Shown in pieces: positions 24,545 through 38,459 of a stretch of 64,000 nt of DNA; the first letter of the stretch is position 1, and every line of letters begins with the position of its first letter. The notes beneath the pieces were generated by a model that did no database searches, had not been told where the DNA came from, and was given only the letters and a program-made list of their open reading frames with translations. The stretch is from NCBI GenBank assembly GCA_973895155.1, contig OZ316894.1:14771680-14835679 (forward strand), in the 5' to 3' direction. Position numbers and translations under genes: made by a program. The stretch comes from Marsupella aquatica (lineage: Eukaryota > Plantae > Marchantiophyta).

Positions 24545-26871
24545 ATGCGCACAAGGTTTGGATCCTATGAATTTTTGGTTATGCTAGTCGGGTTGTGTAA
24601 TGCAACTTCAACGTTCATGAAGATGATGAATACCATCTTTCATGACTTGTTAGACCAAGGAGTGGTAGTCTTTATTGACGACATCCTAATCTACTCAAAA
24701 ACGTTGGAGGAACATGAGCAGTTGCTCAGGAAAGTATTCTCTTACCTTTGTAAGGCTCGGTCTCATTGCTAAATCTAGCAAGTGCGAGTTTGTGATGAAC
24801 AAGATTCAGTTCCTCGGCCATACCTTTACCCCGGAGGGGATACGCCTAGTCAAGACAAGCTTAAGGAGATCAAAGAATGGGAACGCCCGTCCAATGTAAG
24901 GCAAATTAGAGCCTTCTTAGGATTTACGGGGTTCTATCAGAGATACATGAAAGACTATGCAAGGATTGCAAGGCCCCTAAATGCACTAACAATGAAAAAC
25001 AAAGTTTTGTGTGGACGCAGGATTGCGAGTTAACATTCCTAGAACTCAAGCGGCTAATGATAACACCGCCGGTTCTTAAGTTACTTGAGATGGGGAAGCC
25101 GTTTGAGATTTGGACAGGCGCAAGTGATTATGCCATCAACGCCTATCTTCACCAAGATGGGCATCTTGTTGCCTTTGAGTCAAGTAAGTTGGAAAATCAT
25201 TGGATCACACTGAAAAGGGAAATGTATGCGATGATCTATGCGTTGAAGAAGTGGGAGATTTACCTTAAGAATAGTCCCAAAATGATAATATACACAGATA
25301 GCTTGTTGGCAAGGTACTTTAGTTCTAATCCAAGGCTGAACTCCAAGGAAATGCACTGGCAGATGTTCTTGGCGGATTTGGATTTTGAAGTCCACCACGT
25401 TCCTGGGAAGAAAAACACGGCAGCTGACGTGTTATCGCGTAGGGACCATCGTCGTGTCAATGGGATCACGATGCTCGAATCCGAGTGGCCAAAGGTTCTG
25501 GCCAAGGCGTATGGGGATAATAGGTTAGCCAAGGAATGGCAAAGCAATGGGGGTAACCAAGGCAAGGTAAGGGATGTTTCATTGGGGTTGGATACCGCAC
25601 ATAATTCCAATTATGGCAATACAAGTAGAGGCGTGTGTACATCCCAAAGTCTCTAAGTCGATTGGAGATTCTGCAAAAGTACCACGACTTGCCCTGGGGA
25701 GGGCATGGCGGACAAGTTGCTACGTATTGCAACATGTTGCAAGATGTGTATTGGCCGAACATGAAGCAGTTGGTTCTTCGCCACGTGCAAAGTTGTTATT
25801 CATGCCAAAAGAACCAAATGATCTATAGGGCAAAAGGAGGACTTCTGCAACCCTTACTAGTAGTTGCGGCTCCATGGGAATCCATCTCCATGGTATTTAT
25901 TGTGGGGTTACTTGAGTCCCACGGTAGTAACTCCATCTTAACAATCGTGGATCATTTTTCCAAGATGACGTATTCCTTGCCGACTGCAAAAATGGTTTTG
26001 GCCCGAGAGGTTGTCGGTCTAGTGTTTGACAATATCTTCTAACAATGGGGATTGTCGTTGCATATCTTGTCCAACCGCGATACCAAGTTTATAGGCCACT
26101 TTTGGAAGGCATTATTCCGGTTATCCGGAATAGACCTTACGAGGGGATCAACGTATCATCATGAGACAGATGGCCAAACGGAATGGGTGAACGGTATCGT
26201 GGAGGACTACTTGTATCATTTTGTGACGGCCAATCAAAAAGATTGGGCAAAGCACTTAACAATGGCCGAGTTTAGGTATAACTTGACCAAGCATTTGGCA
26301 ATGGGGTTTGCGCCATTTGTGTTGGCCATAGGGCGAACGCCAAGGGCGCCCTTTTGGTTTATAAATCCGAAAGCTTGGCGAACAAAAAGCAAGGTTCCTT
26401 CTGCGGATGATTTTATTTGAGAGCGACACCTAGTTGTGGAAGCGGCTACCAAGGGTATGACCCTTGCCCAAAGTTGGTACAAGGAGCAAGGGGATAAACA
26501 TTGACGCCAGGTAAGCTTTGAAATTGGGGAGAGCATCTGGTTGCAGTTGAGACCTGAGCAATACCACGGGAACATAAGTAGGAAGGCTACCATGTTAACC
26601 AACTCAAAAAAATTGTCAAAGACAATGATCCAAACTGGGATAAAGTCTCGCATCTAGACACCATGCTGGTGGAGGACGCTTAGGAGTTTGAGGTGGAGGC
26701 AATTCTGGACCACCGTTACAAACGCAAGCTAGGAAGGCAAATCTTAGAGTATTTGGTGAAGTGGGCTGGCTATGACTAGGCCAAAAGTACTTGGGAACCG
26801 GAAGAAAATTTGGGTAATGCCCCAGAGATCCTTGGAAGCTATCGTAAGCGAAGCGACCTACCGCCGTTGTG
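24545..26871 (+). pseudogene. pol: Ty3/gypsy chromovirus pol remnant (RT, RNase H, integrase, chromodomain)
   Basis: FGSYEFLVMLVGLCNA, VFIDDILIYS (RT), ASDYAI and NTAADVLSR (RNase H), integrase zinc region, PWESISM, DGQTEWVN, and chromodomain EFEVEAILDHRY...EYLVKWAGY...STWEPEENL. Multiple frameshifts and stops; 5' truncated. Confidence 0.92.
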
Positions 26872-27295
26872 AACTGGTACAGGTAGCCGTGGCTACCTTT
26901 GTGAGTTGTACTATCCTAGTTTCACTCCTCTCGGCCTCTTGAGGATAAAGTTGGATTGCGTGGGTGCTAGAGGTTGTTGGGCGGCTGATTTGATTTTTGC
27001 GAGTGGAAGTTGATGGTACTCACCTCACATCTGTGGGCTAGTTAGTTCAAACTAAAGGGGAGTACAAGGGGAGAACAAAGGGTCCAACGAGTTTGGAGTT
27101 AGCTTACCCGCTTGGACTGGCATCCTACTTGGATAAGTGGGATAGGTTGGAATTTCCTAAGTCTAGAATGCGCATACCAACCTGGTTTGCAGCAGCCTTA
27201 TGGGCAAACCATTTGTTACCTCAATAGTTTTTGGACCTAAAGTGGTCTAGGCGTGTTGGAATGTTTACTTAGGTCATGCGGACATGACCATTTTT

Positions 27296-28655
27296 AAGGG
27301 GGGGTGCAAGTCGCGAAACTTGACTACCTTAACACTTAGCTCCGGCGTTGCTGACTAATGCCGAGCTCCCTTATGGCCCAGGCCTGGATAGGCCATCCGG
27401 GGAGGACTTAGCATGGGGAGACTTGTGGGCAACAAGGCATGACAGTGGCAAAGGCAAGGCGCTAAGCTAGTGACACACACTAAGGACTTAGATTAGCTGA
27501 GGGCTGGTTGGGTCGAGGGGAAAAGGGCCGGGCTCAAGGTCGATCATCCGGACCCCCAGACGGACTTTGAGTTCTGAGGGCTTGAGTGAGAGCTCCTCTT
27601 GGGCCCAAGGCCAATGGATTCGACTCCATGGGCAACGAACGCTTGGGGCGTGAGTTATGGCCTGATCCGAGTTTGACCGATCGGGGCCCCAGGGCGACGA
27701 TGCGACCTGAGGTCCTAGGCATGAGCACTAGGTCGGCCAGATCTGCTTGCAAACGCCTAACTAGAAAGTTATGGGCATTGCGAGTTGGTGGCGCACCCAG
27801 ATATGCGGGTTGGGCTCCAAGTGGGGGGCCAAAATTTGGGGACCAAAGTTGGTCCAAAGGTGGCAGGTCTCCAAAAGCATATGTGAGGGGAGTAGTGTCT
27901 TCCTGGGGGCTAGGGGCGAGCCAAAGTCGTGAGCCGCGGCGGTCGCAACACTAAGGGAAAATGTCAAACGGAAATGGCGATAACTTCCGAACAGGAAGTC
28001 CGTTGGGGGACTTCTTGGGTGCGTTGGAAAGAGCTCAAGGAGGGGTACATCCTCTTGAGCTCATCTGGCTCTAGGGGTTCCATAGGTTCTCGGGGCTTGC
28101 GGAGACTATCTCGTCTGCTTGCCAAATCCTATCGAAACAACAGCCAAACCGCGTTCAGTCTCTCAAGGGAGCTTGTGTTAGGGAGGCAAGGCCAAGTAGG
28201 CATGGAGGTGGAGTTCCAAGGGCACTTGGCCCCTAGACCATTAGTCGGCAGTTGGTGATGGATAGGTACAAGAGGGAACCGGGCCTCGCCCAAGGCAAGA
28301 ACTATTCTGGACAAACAGTGGGTGTTTGTTCTGGTTTTGGCTTATGGCGTCGGGAGGACCTATCGCTGATCTACTTACCAATGTCTGTTGATTTTTAGTT
28401 AGGATGCTAGACTTGGGAGATCTAGATCCTAAGGGGTTACTTATTGAGACACTTGATTGTTTGTGGAGACAATGAGGACTATTGAGTAGCGGTCGTGTTG
28501 GAGGGCAAGTGCGGCTTTGTATGGGAGGGGCTGTTGGCGGTGCAAGGGGCATAAGGTAGCTTGCTCGAGGTATTTTGTGGAGGTGCTCAGGCACGAGGGG
28601 CACTTAGGTGTGGATGTTGGGATTGGCAAGGGTGCTGGGTGGCAAGGTCCACCAT
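27296..28655 (+). mobile_element. PPT and truncated 3' LTR of the chromovirus
   Basis: Hairpin GGTCATGCGGACATGACC followed by PPT AAGGGGGGG (27296-27304). The LTR starts near 27309 and part of it recurs inverted at about 38875-39590. Confidence 0.7.
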
Positions 28656-31355
28656 TTATCAACGAAAACATTTATCAGCACTTCAAACGTGGCATGTTGA
28701 GAATAAATCTCCACCAGGGATTATGCGATATGACCACAATAGTCCAACATGAAAGCACATCAACAGCACTTGGCCAGATTTTTCTAGGGAGCCAAGGAAT
28801 GTTTGATTGGGACTAGCAATAGATGGGGTAAACCCATACAAGCAACGACGGAAGCCTAAGTCCATATGGCCAGTTCTTTTGCTCAATCAACATATCCCTC
28901 CATGGTTGGCGATGAAGAAGGGTCATGTTCTCCTCCTTGCTATCATTTGAGGTCCTCGGGCCTATAAGAATCCAAACATTTGTTTGGCTCCAGCTTATGA
29001 AGAGTTGTAGAAGCTATGGGAGTTTGGGGAAGTGACCACAAATATGACTCGTACACTGGATAATGGGAGGACATTTAATATGAGAGCAATGATCACCCAT
29101 TGCACCACGGATGGTCTACGTAATTCTCAGTCATAGAAATATTTCAGACATGCATTGTGCATGGTTCTATTGCATATGCCAATGGTTTTTGGCCTGAACA
29201 TTTTAAATTTCATTCACAGGTATGGGCACAATATCTGGCTTAAAGTGGCCAGTTATTCAGCTTGCCCTTCATGTGATCCTGAGTTGCATGGGAGATACTC
29301 TAAGCGTCTGCACAAAACCACATATGAGGGCAGTAGGGTCCATTTGCCAATGGACAATATATTGCAACATAACACCACACATTGGGCTGGGATTGAGTTT
29401 AGGCCATGTCCCAATGGGCCTTCAGCTAAGGGTCAAATTCAAATGGCAGAGAAAGTGGAGGAAAAGTTACTTCAACCTAAGCACTGTGGTGTCAATCGTC
29501 GCTCAGCTTTGTGGGACTTGCCTTGTTGGAGGGTAAGTAAAATCAGATTGGACCTATTTTAAGTTAGTGATTGGTAGTATTCTCTTTATGAGTTTCTCAC
29601 TAGCAAAACCTGGTTCTTCATCTTGCAGAGACTCCAAATCCGATGGTTGTTGGACCTCATGCATATTAAAGTAAATGTTGCCAAGAATCTGGTGAAGCAC
29701 ATTTATGGGAGGAATGATACTCGTGGGGTCCGAGAGGATGCAAAGCAGGTTGGAGTGGTGAAGAGTTGTTGGATAACTCGAGATGGGGAGAAGCCACTTG
29801 CTCCTTGGGTTTTGCCAGAAGAGATTTTGAAGGAGATGAACGGGATGATATGTGAATTGAAGTTCCCTAGCCATTATGGAGCCGAATTCCATGGGTGCAC
29901 TACAAGGGATGACCACATACCCCCAAAAGGCTTGAATCTCACAATTATCACAAGTTGATTCAGTATGTGTTACCTGTTTCTTGCGTTGTTGCGATGATTC
30001 TAGAGAGCGAAACCTACTCCGACTCACAGTATATGAGATATGCTCCATTTTCAGGCTATTATAGTCTTGTTGGCATATATTTATGATATGTTCATTGCAT
30101 ATGTTTATGGTACTAATAATTTGACAAAATTTTGAGTACCCCATACAGGTGGGTATGCGCCAAGGAAATAAAGGAGAGTGAGATTCCCGAGATGAGGGAA
30201 CGGTCGGCCCATTTTATGTGCAATATGGAGAAGGTGTTTCTCCCATGTATTTTTGACATGCAATTGCATTTGCTATGTCATCTAGTGGATGAGGTAGCCA
30301 TTGCTGGTCTAGTGCATGCGCGGTGGATGTATTTGGTAGAGCGATTCATGAAAGTGCTCAAGTCTTGGGTGCACCAACCCGCTCGACCAGAGGGAAGTAT
30401 GGCAATAGGGTATATTATGTCGAAGTGCCTGTTCTACTCAAGTGGAGTGATAGGGAGTTTGGACACACAGGCTCCCACAACTTGGGAAGAGGCACAAGAT
30501 GATGACAATGGTGGGTTGCAAGTGATGGGTGCGTCAAAGAAGCGATCATTACATGGAGACATTTTTTGCCGATAGATCCAAATTATGTGCTAGAAAACTG
30601 CACCAAGATGTCAGATTGGAGAGAGTTGTATAGGTAGGGACGTAATCCTTCATGTTGAGTCCTACGTAGATTTAAAATTTATATTCAGGGTTGTAGGCAC
30701 AAATTAAGGTCTAATGTATATGTGACCCCATACTTGCGAGGCATGGGTGGAGCAGCAGGGGATAGGGGCAACACGAGAGCGTGTTCATGCATCATTTTGC
30801 ATATGGGCATTGGAGCGCGTGGAGGGGCTGCTTGCAGTGCATGGCCCTACATTCATTCCCATTGATGTACATAACATCATTAGGGGGCCTTTGATGTGGG
30901 CTATGACTCATATTCACATGTATGAGTCAGGGCACCATTTTCAAACTTGGAGGACGGACCATATGAAGAAGAGTACTTGTAACTCTAGAGTATATATGGT
31001 GACCGATGTAGGTGATGTTGAGGTTCCTTATTGTGGCATTGTCTTGGATGTTTTGGATGTTAATTTTGGCTTGTTTACCACCATGGTGTTAGAGGTGAGG
31101 TGGCACAAGTCCATCATGTCACCTCCAACAAGAGCTACCATGGTGAAGGATGAGTGTGGATTTTATTGTGTGGACACGACCCGTATTGCACCAAGCAATC
31201 CTGAGTTTACTAACACTATAGTTTTTCCTAGCCAAGTGGATCAATGCATCATGGTTCCGATGCACACCATGGGAGGATGGTCCATTATGATTCCCATCTT
31301 TCCACGCTGTAGGAAGGGCTTCATGCCATCAATTGTTGCAGACGATGAGAATTGA
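28656..31355 (+). pseudogene. CACTA/En-Spm transposase (TnpD-like) pseudogene with introns
   Basis: EPRNV.LGLAIDGVNPY...SIWPVLLLN..IPPWL (Transposase_21-like), LDLMHIKVNVAKNL, FDMQLHLLCHLVDEVAIAGLVHARWMYLVERFMKVLK (DUF4218-like) and PYCGIV...KDECGFYCVD...FPSQVDQC (DUF4216-like). Stops and frameshifts present. Confidence 0.9.
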
Positions 31356-31432
31356 CATGATAAACTCACTATCCACATTTGTATTGACTATTGTCATGGT
31401 TTGCATATAAACAAACATATTTCATGGCCTAG

Positions 31433-34400
31433 TGTGATGCCTTGCCAGGATCATGAAGTAATAACTAAGCCTAAAAAATGGCTAAATAAGGATAGATAGA
31501 GAGTATAAGGTAACAATAAAGACCGATGCCGATTTCTATGTGTAGATGATAAAGGAAAGGATCCAACGGTTGAGATCCAACGGATTGGAGTTATGACCTA
31601 ATCCATGCTTGATCACAAGGACCCCTAAGTGGCGGCTTTGGAGTAAGGTGACCAATACTCTGCCACTTTGCATTCTCGTGTACACGGTTTCGACATTGAG
31701 GAGCGACTGTCAGTCGAGTGCTAAGGTGGATTGGGAGATTGCGCAAGTTCTTGGCATTCGGTGGAATGAACACGGTGAATCAGGCAGGGAGGTTTTGGGG
31801 CTGTTTGCTTGAAGAAGCAAGGCAGCTGATACCTACGTATGAAGACGTTGAGCCGGAGCGCGCAGCCAGAGAACGAGCCGGAGCGCGCAGCCAAAGAACG
31901 AACGGAGCTTGCACGATTGTGGGGAATTCATAAAACGGCATTCGTAGATACGGAGGAGGTGTTGGAAAAGTTCTCGTGGACACCCACCAGTGCGGAGCTT
32001 GACGAATTGCTGATCCGGGAGAATAAGGTCATGGGGATTAGGGAGGCAATCAAGAACGCAGGGCAGCCACTTTGGGAATTGAAGGGTCACATTGCAAAGT
32101 GGACGAAGGAAGCCATTCTCAGGGAGTATTCAGGCGCTGAAGAGATGAAGCGCAAGGGAGGTTCGGCATCCGCCACTCCAGCAAAGCGAACTAGGTCGGA
32201 GAGACCAATCAAGATGGAATCTGGGCCAGTTAGAGATCGGGCTGTAGAGGATAAAACCATGACAGGGTGGGCGAACAGGTTACCTGCCGATTTACAATTA
32301 TAGTTCACAAGAGATGAGGATGAGGTCTTTAGTGCCATTCAGGATAATAAATATGCAGGATATATGAATGACACTGGGTTGGAGGGCTTTGTCAGGTTGT
32401 CCTGGAGGATGGTAGACATACCAGATGAGGATCTGTTGGACTTCGTGGGATGTTGGGAGGCTTCTTCCAACACGACGCTGCTGTATGGAAAGTGTTTGAA
32501 CTAACACCTGCGCTTATCGAAGCCGTCTTCGCTTTACCAACAGGAAGGAAGACTAAGGTGGAGCAGAGGAAGACGTTGTCGGATGATGAGTTGAGGTCAT
32601 TTCCAGGGCCTTCCACTAAGAATTGGTTTTTCAGGAATCAATGTACCAACCTGCATATAGGGCAGCTAATTGATTTCCTGAGAGTCATGTTGCATTGTAC
32701 CTTGCCGAGAGCAGAAATCGACAAAGCCCAGATATTTTTGGTGGAGAATATCGATGCAAGCTGAGACTACAATGGCTATCTCTTAATGCAGTTGAAGAAG
32801 GCATTAAATGAAGAGAAGTAGAGCATTGGGGAGGGAGGGGTATCTAGACTAGGGTACCATCTGCAATTACTTTGCCGATATGCCAGAAGCTAGTCTTTTG
32901 CACCGGTGTTGCCTATACAGGAGCGGATGCCGATCACTGCACCACTTGAGGAGGTGGAGGAGGACGAGGAGCCTCTAAGCAAACGACGCCATGGGAGGAG
33001 GTCGGCAACACCGGCAACATGAGAACGGGAGCATTCCCCTATCAAGGAGCCAAAGGTAGTAACATATGATGTAGTGAGAAATCCATTGCGCCGGCCTACT
33101 CGTAATAATCCATATATAGGCATCCAATTGGTTGAAAGGAAGATGACTACCGAAGAGAGAAAGAAATATGACGAGCGAATGGATTCGGAGACAGATGAGG
33201 AGGTAAGCCAAAGCCAGGAGAGGCCGGTATTAAAAGCTTCTAATAGAGCCCAAGTGGAGGGACCTGTGGAGGAAAGTCAACCAGCAGCAGCCCAACAATA
33301 TTCGGAGGAAGAGATCGGGGGCTTTGGAGGAGAGGCCAGCATGCTAGGTAGTCAGGTTAATGTGGATGATTACGACGATGACTATGTCGATCACGGGGAG
33401 AGGCCAGTACCAGGAGTTAGAACGATGGGAAGGTTTTGTAGAAGACTTCTTGCAGTCTTCTATGGCAAGCCAGAGGACCAGAAAACACCAGAATCTCCTC
33501 CACCAGATGTGACGCCATTGGAATTTGACAAGATGAAGGAAGCTGAAGTCGGGCTACAAGAGAGGATTAAGGAGTGGGGGGCCCAGAATGCAGAACAGGA
33601 ATGCCAGCTACTAGGAGGAGAGTGGCCGAAAGAAATAAGATGGCTTAGTGAGAGGCAGGCCGAACCTCTCACTGACTTTGATCAAGTACGGGCAGAGGCT
33701 TGGGAGAGACGACCTCGATGGCAGATGCCAGTATCACCTGGGAGGTCAAACTACGCAAAGAATTGGGCTAAGGAGTATGGAGACATGTGTGGACTCTTAG
33801 CCTTAGAAATCTTTGGTAACGAGTTGGAATCCGGGCCATTTCTTAGAAAAGAAGTGGCTGATCAAACGAGACTGGAGGAGGCAATGATGTTGGAGCGGTT
33901 AAAGAAAGAGGAGGTAATCGCTCGGCTTTGCTCCATGGAAGCCGAAGTTGCTAAGACGAAGTCTGGTCAACCAACTCAGCAGGATCTCTTGGCTAAGCAG
34001 CAGGAATTGGAGGTGGCGAACAACCAATTGGAAAACTACCAATTGGATAACCAGCAGATTGAGGAAAAATTGACGAAGGTAGAGTTGGAGTTAGCCGATT
34101 CAAAAGCAGAAGTATAGGGTCTAAATCGCCAGGTCGAGAGGCTCAGAAAGACGGCTAAGGATCAGGCCACCCAGAGCGAGAAGGCCTTGGCAGAAGCCCA
34201 AAGGAAGTATGACAAGTTACTCGACCGGTTGGAGGCCATGCGTGAGAAGCATGATGACGCCATGTGCACAGCGGCCAATGATCACCTGAACCGGGTTCAA
34301 CAGATACGCAAGGAGCTTCAGGAGGAGCTAACCAGGACAAAGCAGGCATGGACAGACGAGGTCACAAAACTGGAAGGCATCAACGACTCCTTGAAAGCAG

Positions 34401-36061
34401 CCGTAGATAAGCAAGAGTTGGAGATTGTGCAGATCTTAAATGAGGAGCTGAAGATGGCCAGGTCCGAGATACAACGGCTTAACGATGAAGTTGAAGACGT
34501 ATCTCAAGAATTGGAGGAGGCCAGGGATAAGATGCTCGGGTTGCAGAAGCGTGCCAACAATCAAACGGAGAAATTGAAGAAGTATGCCAAAGCGAGATAT
34601 GGGTCACCAACTGAAAGGCTTCCCGTCAGTAGTATGGTAGGCAGAAATACAGTGAAACCGAAGCCGAAGCCGAGCTCACTGTTGTCAAGCGTGACTGGGG
34701 GCAAAGCCATGCAGTTGGTAGCAGATTTGGCAAAGACGTTCATGGGGCCAGGCGATAATAAAGTTAAGCCCCTTAAAGCCACTCCGGAGGAAGTCGAGAG
34801 CATGGCCGCTCACATTTGTGGTATTGTGGCCCTGAAGGTAGCTGTGGTAGAGGTAAGTACTACGGATCAACTTGGAGCTGCGGTAACAGGTTCAGACGAT
34901 GGTACTGCTTCTATGGACGCCCAAAACGTGAAGCCGTGGGTTATCGAGACCGAGCGCATCGGGGAGCAGGCTTGGATTGAGGAAGTTAAGGCAAAAGCTC
35001 TCCAAGCCGTTTCCCAGGAGGATGCCAATGCAGCAGCCGATGCTGGGCCGACAAACCAGAACCCAAAGTCAAGGAAGCCATAGGGGTCAAGCCGGAGCCG
35101 ATGGCAGGAGAAGGTGCAGAGTCGGAAGATTCAGACTTACCCCCGGTCATCTGACAATTAAGGAGGGCCAGTCATCGGTTGGAAGGAGGACGTGGCGGCA
35201 GGAGAAGGGCTTGGGCCAGAAGGGCGCGGCCGTTGTAGGATGGGACAGGGCAAGTAGCGCCCTGTCGGCTTAGGTAGTATTAGATGCTCGGTTCACACAG
35301 GGTTCCCGGCTAGTCAAGTTTTTTAGGTGATAGTTTTTTAGTAGGATTATCGCTGTGGAAGGCCGTGAGTTGTGGTTAGGATTTCCGCCTTTTCCCCTGA
35401 ATGCGCTGCAAGGATAAAAACCTGGGCAGCGTGGCTTGGGGGGCTTTTTCTTAGTCAAGGCTTTAGTGTAAATCTGTATTGTTGTGAGCACAGGAAGCTC
35501 TCGACTAAATCTAGACCGCAGGGTATTAGTAAACCACCAGTTCCCTTGGATTTCTGAGCAATTGTTTGAATTGAGTTGGCCTCATTGCATAGTTCGCAGA
35601 TTCTTGCCATCCAAGAAGTTGAGTGTTATGATATCTATTGCTTGATCAATTTAAGTCAGATAGGGTGAACTGTTGAGCAAAATACAATCGCATTGTCTTG
35701 ATTGGAGACTGCCCAATCAAACTCTGAGAGAAAAGTGAGGATTGAGAGTGTTTAGTCGGTGAAGTGTGGGTTGAGTCAGTCTGAAAAAGACCTTCAGCCG
35801 GCTTAAGAAATTAAGCCGTAGGGGTACATTCCGGGGGCGAAATACAAATATACCTGAAGAAGTTAAAGAGGAATTAGGTGTCTCAGTTGTGCACAATTCA
35901 CAAGCCCATTGAAAGAATCGGTCCGTTAAGTGTGGATCAAAGGAGAGGATCGCGTTTCCAAACCAAATAGCTGCCAAAGGGCAAGAAGACGGACATAAAC
36001 GAGTGGTTTATGATTGACTGAGGGTAGTTCTTGGGGTTAGAGGTCTTGGAAACGCGCCACA
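31433..36061 (+). mobile_element. Giant solo-LTR-like element B (4629 bp) containing a gene, inserted in the CACTA 3' region
   Basis: Starts TGTGATGCCTTGCCAGGA; the revcomp of the end is TGTGGCGCGTTTCCAAGA (13/18 match). Perfect TSD CCTAG (31428-31432 and 36062-36066). No gag or pol inside. Confidence 0.85.
31700..35273 (+). pseudogene. LTR-internal gene B (about 1150 codons), homolog of gene A
   Basis: Consecutive plus-strand ORF pieces (31718, 31839, 32450, 33074, 34187) separated by single stops or frameshifts. Conserved domain at about 32330-32885 and long coiled coil at about 33850-34590. Start and stop positions are approximate. Confidence 0.72.
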
Positions 36062-36430
36062 CCTAGGCATCTATCAATTTGGAGAGTGGGATGGGCTTGT
36101 TAATCACTTGGTAAAGAAACAAGTAACAACCATACATTTATGCACATGATCCCTCGGCCTTCTGCTACAAGGGATACCTATCATTAATGTTGTCCTTCCA
36201 ATTTTACATTGTTGAATGATTGTCTAACGTCATTTATAGCTACGCACATTTGACGTAACATGCTGCAATGCCATGTACTGCACCATTAGCCGACGTTATA
36301 ACTCCATTTAACATCGTTCTATACTACATTACCCGGTCAAATGACGTACTTCTAACAATGTATGGTGCGACGAAAGTCATTTACAACATGTAGAACAACG
36401 TTAATAATTTAGATACGACGTTTCAAACAA

Positions 36431-38372
36431 CACTAGTACATATTTAGCTGATTTCCGATGCTCAATTTTTGCAAACAATCGGCGTCCGATTCTTTTAGAA
36501 TCGGAAATTCCCATTATCACAAAATGGCAATATGCCATACTCTCGGCTTTGGATATCTTCATTTCCGATGTAATTAACAATGGAACCTTTTCGATGTAGT
36601 AAAAAATGGATCATATCCATTACAAAATACATCGGATCCCCTAACAAAAAAATTGATTGATATGTCCGATGTTTTTTGTAACGGAAATTATGTGCATTTC
36701 AATGTTGATCGGAAAAGTTCCGTAGTTGATAAGAACGGATATTATATCCGATTGTGGTAAAATGGCAAAGTCCGATGTTGAGAGAATGGGAAAGTCCGAT
36801 GCTGAGAGAATGGGAAAGTCAGATGCTAGGAGAATGGGAAAGTCCGATGCTAGTAGAATGGGAAAGTCCGATGCTGGGAGAATGGGAAATTTTCATTTTG
36901 GCAAAACGACAAATTCCTATTGTGTTAGATGGGGCATGTAGTTGCACCAACATACTCTTCCTAGAAAAGAGGATACAATCATTCTTGCATGTTTGAATGA
37001 CTTCATACTTGAGGCAAATGGACTTAATTGAATGTTGTTCTTGCCTCCTTCCAAGACCCCAAAATATTGTTCCCTTTTGGCAATATTTTCTCAACATGCA
37101 AAATCAAAAATTTATCATCTAAAAGGAGATTGCTTGTCCCATGTAGTCTTTGTTGCAAGTCCAACAACAACATAGTTGATGAAAGATGAGACAATCGGGA
37201 GCTGTCCTTGACGCCAAGGCTTTGGAAGGACCAAAATATTAATCTTCCATAACTAATAAACTATAATGATCTCATGTCAAGTTGGATGGAGGAGGGCTTT
37301 ACTATTCACAAATGACCCCAAATTTCTATTGATTGCTCCAAGGGAATGTAAGAGGGTAATCGTAATTATAGATCAATCGATGCAAACATGCAATATAATG
37401 ATAGAGCAAAACTGGGATTTATTAGTCTAATGCCACACTTTTGTGGCATAATCACTACATTGCCACTCTTTTTCTTGTATTTATCAGTCTGCCACTCGTT
37501 TGAGTCATTGGTTAAGAAAAGTAACTCAGGTTAACTACCTAAGATCTGTCGTTGAGATTTCTTTTGGTCTTCCCATTGGATGGTCGTCGCTTTCCTCACG
37601 GTTACATTTTGAACCCTTAGTATAGTTTGCGGAGGGGTGGGTCGGCTAATCCATTTCTCCTCCCCTCCATTTCTCTGTCACCATAGTCGAGGCGCACTGG
37701 CTGCGTCTTTGCTCCACCCTTGCCACTATCGTTGCATCCTCATTTCCCCAGCCCGGGCTATGTTGTCGTTGACCCTGGCTGCCTCTAGCTTGGCTGGGGC
37801 TGCATTGTTGCATGTTTCCTGTCGGCCTCTCCCAACTCTGCCCAGCTTAGATGGGTCTTAATAAATTTAGAAGTGTATAAAATCCCTAAACACTCCAAGT
37901 CAAACAATAAAAGTGTTAAGCTTCCATGTACATTGTGAGGGATAAGAACCACAAAGTTAAGCTCATGTTGGAGGAATAGCAATTGGGATTGGTGACCACT
38001 TAATTGAGGAATGAAGAGTTGAAATGTCAAAGGAGATGGGAACCTCGCTCATGGTTGCAAAATGAAAGTAAATATACAAAGGAAGAGATGGGTGACCTGA
38101 GCACCCCGCGTCCGCTCCAATGTGTATCCCATTTTCATTGTTTTCCTCTTTCCCATTCTCCCAGCATCGGACTTTCCCATTCTCTTAGCATCGGACTTTC
38201 CCATTCTTTCAGCATCGGACTTTCCGATATAAGTCCAATTGTTGATATCCGAAACTTTTATCATGGCATGTTACGATGCCGGCAGAATTGGATGTATGGT
38301 TTTTTCATATTTTGTTTTACAAAGACGTCCAATGTGGAGAGAATTGGAAAAAGGAGGTAAAATATACTAGTG
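36431..38372. mobile_element. Non-autonomous CACTA element (1942 bp) nested in the subterminal region of the older CACTA
   Basis: CACTAGTA...TACTAGTG termini with 3-bp TSD CAA (36428-36430 and 38373-38375). Inverted subterminal 24-bp arrays. Internal minus-strand transposase scrap LKYEVIQTCKNDCILF at about 36920-37100. Confidence 0.9.
36761..36889 (+). repeat. 24-bp CACTA subterminal tandem repeat (GAGAATGGGAAAGTCCGATGCTGA), with inverted copies at 38148-38228
   Basis: About 5 head-to-tail copies on the left and about 3 reverse-complement copies on the right. Confidence 0.9.
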
Positions 38373-38459
38373 CAACGTAACAAATTTGCTTTGACGTTAA
38401 TCATAGGAAAAAGATGCAACATTCAAACCATACAATTGTTGCAACAAATAACATTCATG

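Noticed and set aside
36761-36889. CRISPR-like regular 24-bp repeats and the 8-aa-repeat ORFs 36726-36941 and 38049-38264
   Set aside because: The units are head-to-tail with no unique spacers and no cas genes, and the context is eukaryotic. They are CACTA subterminal repeats.
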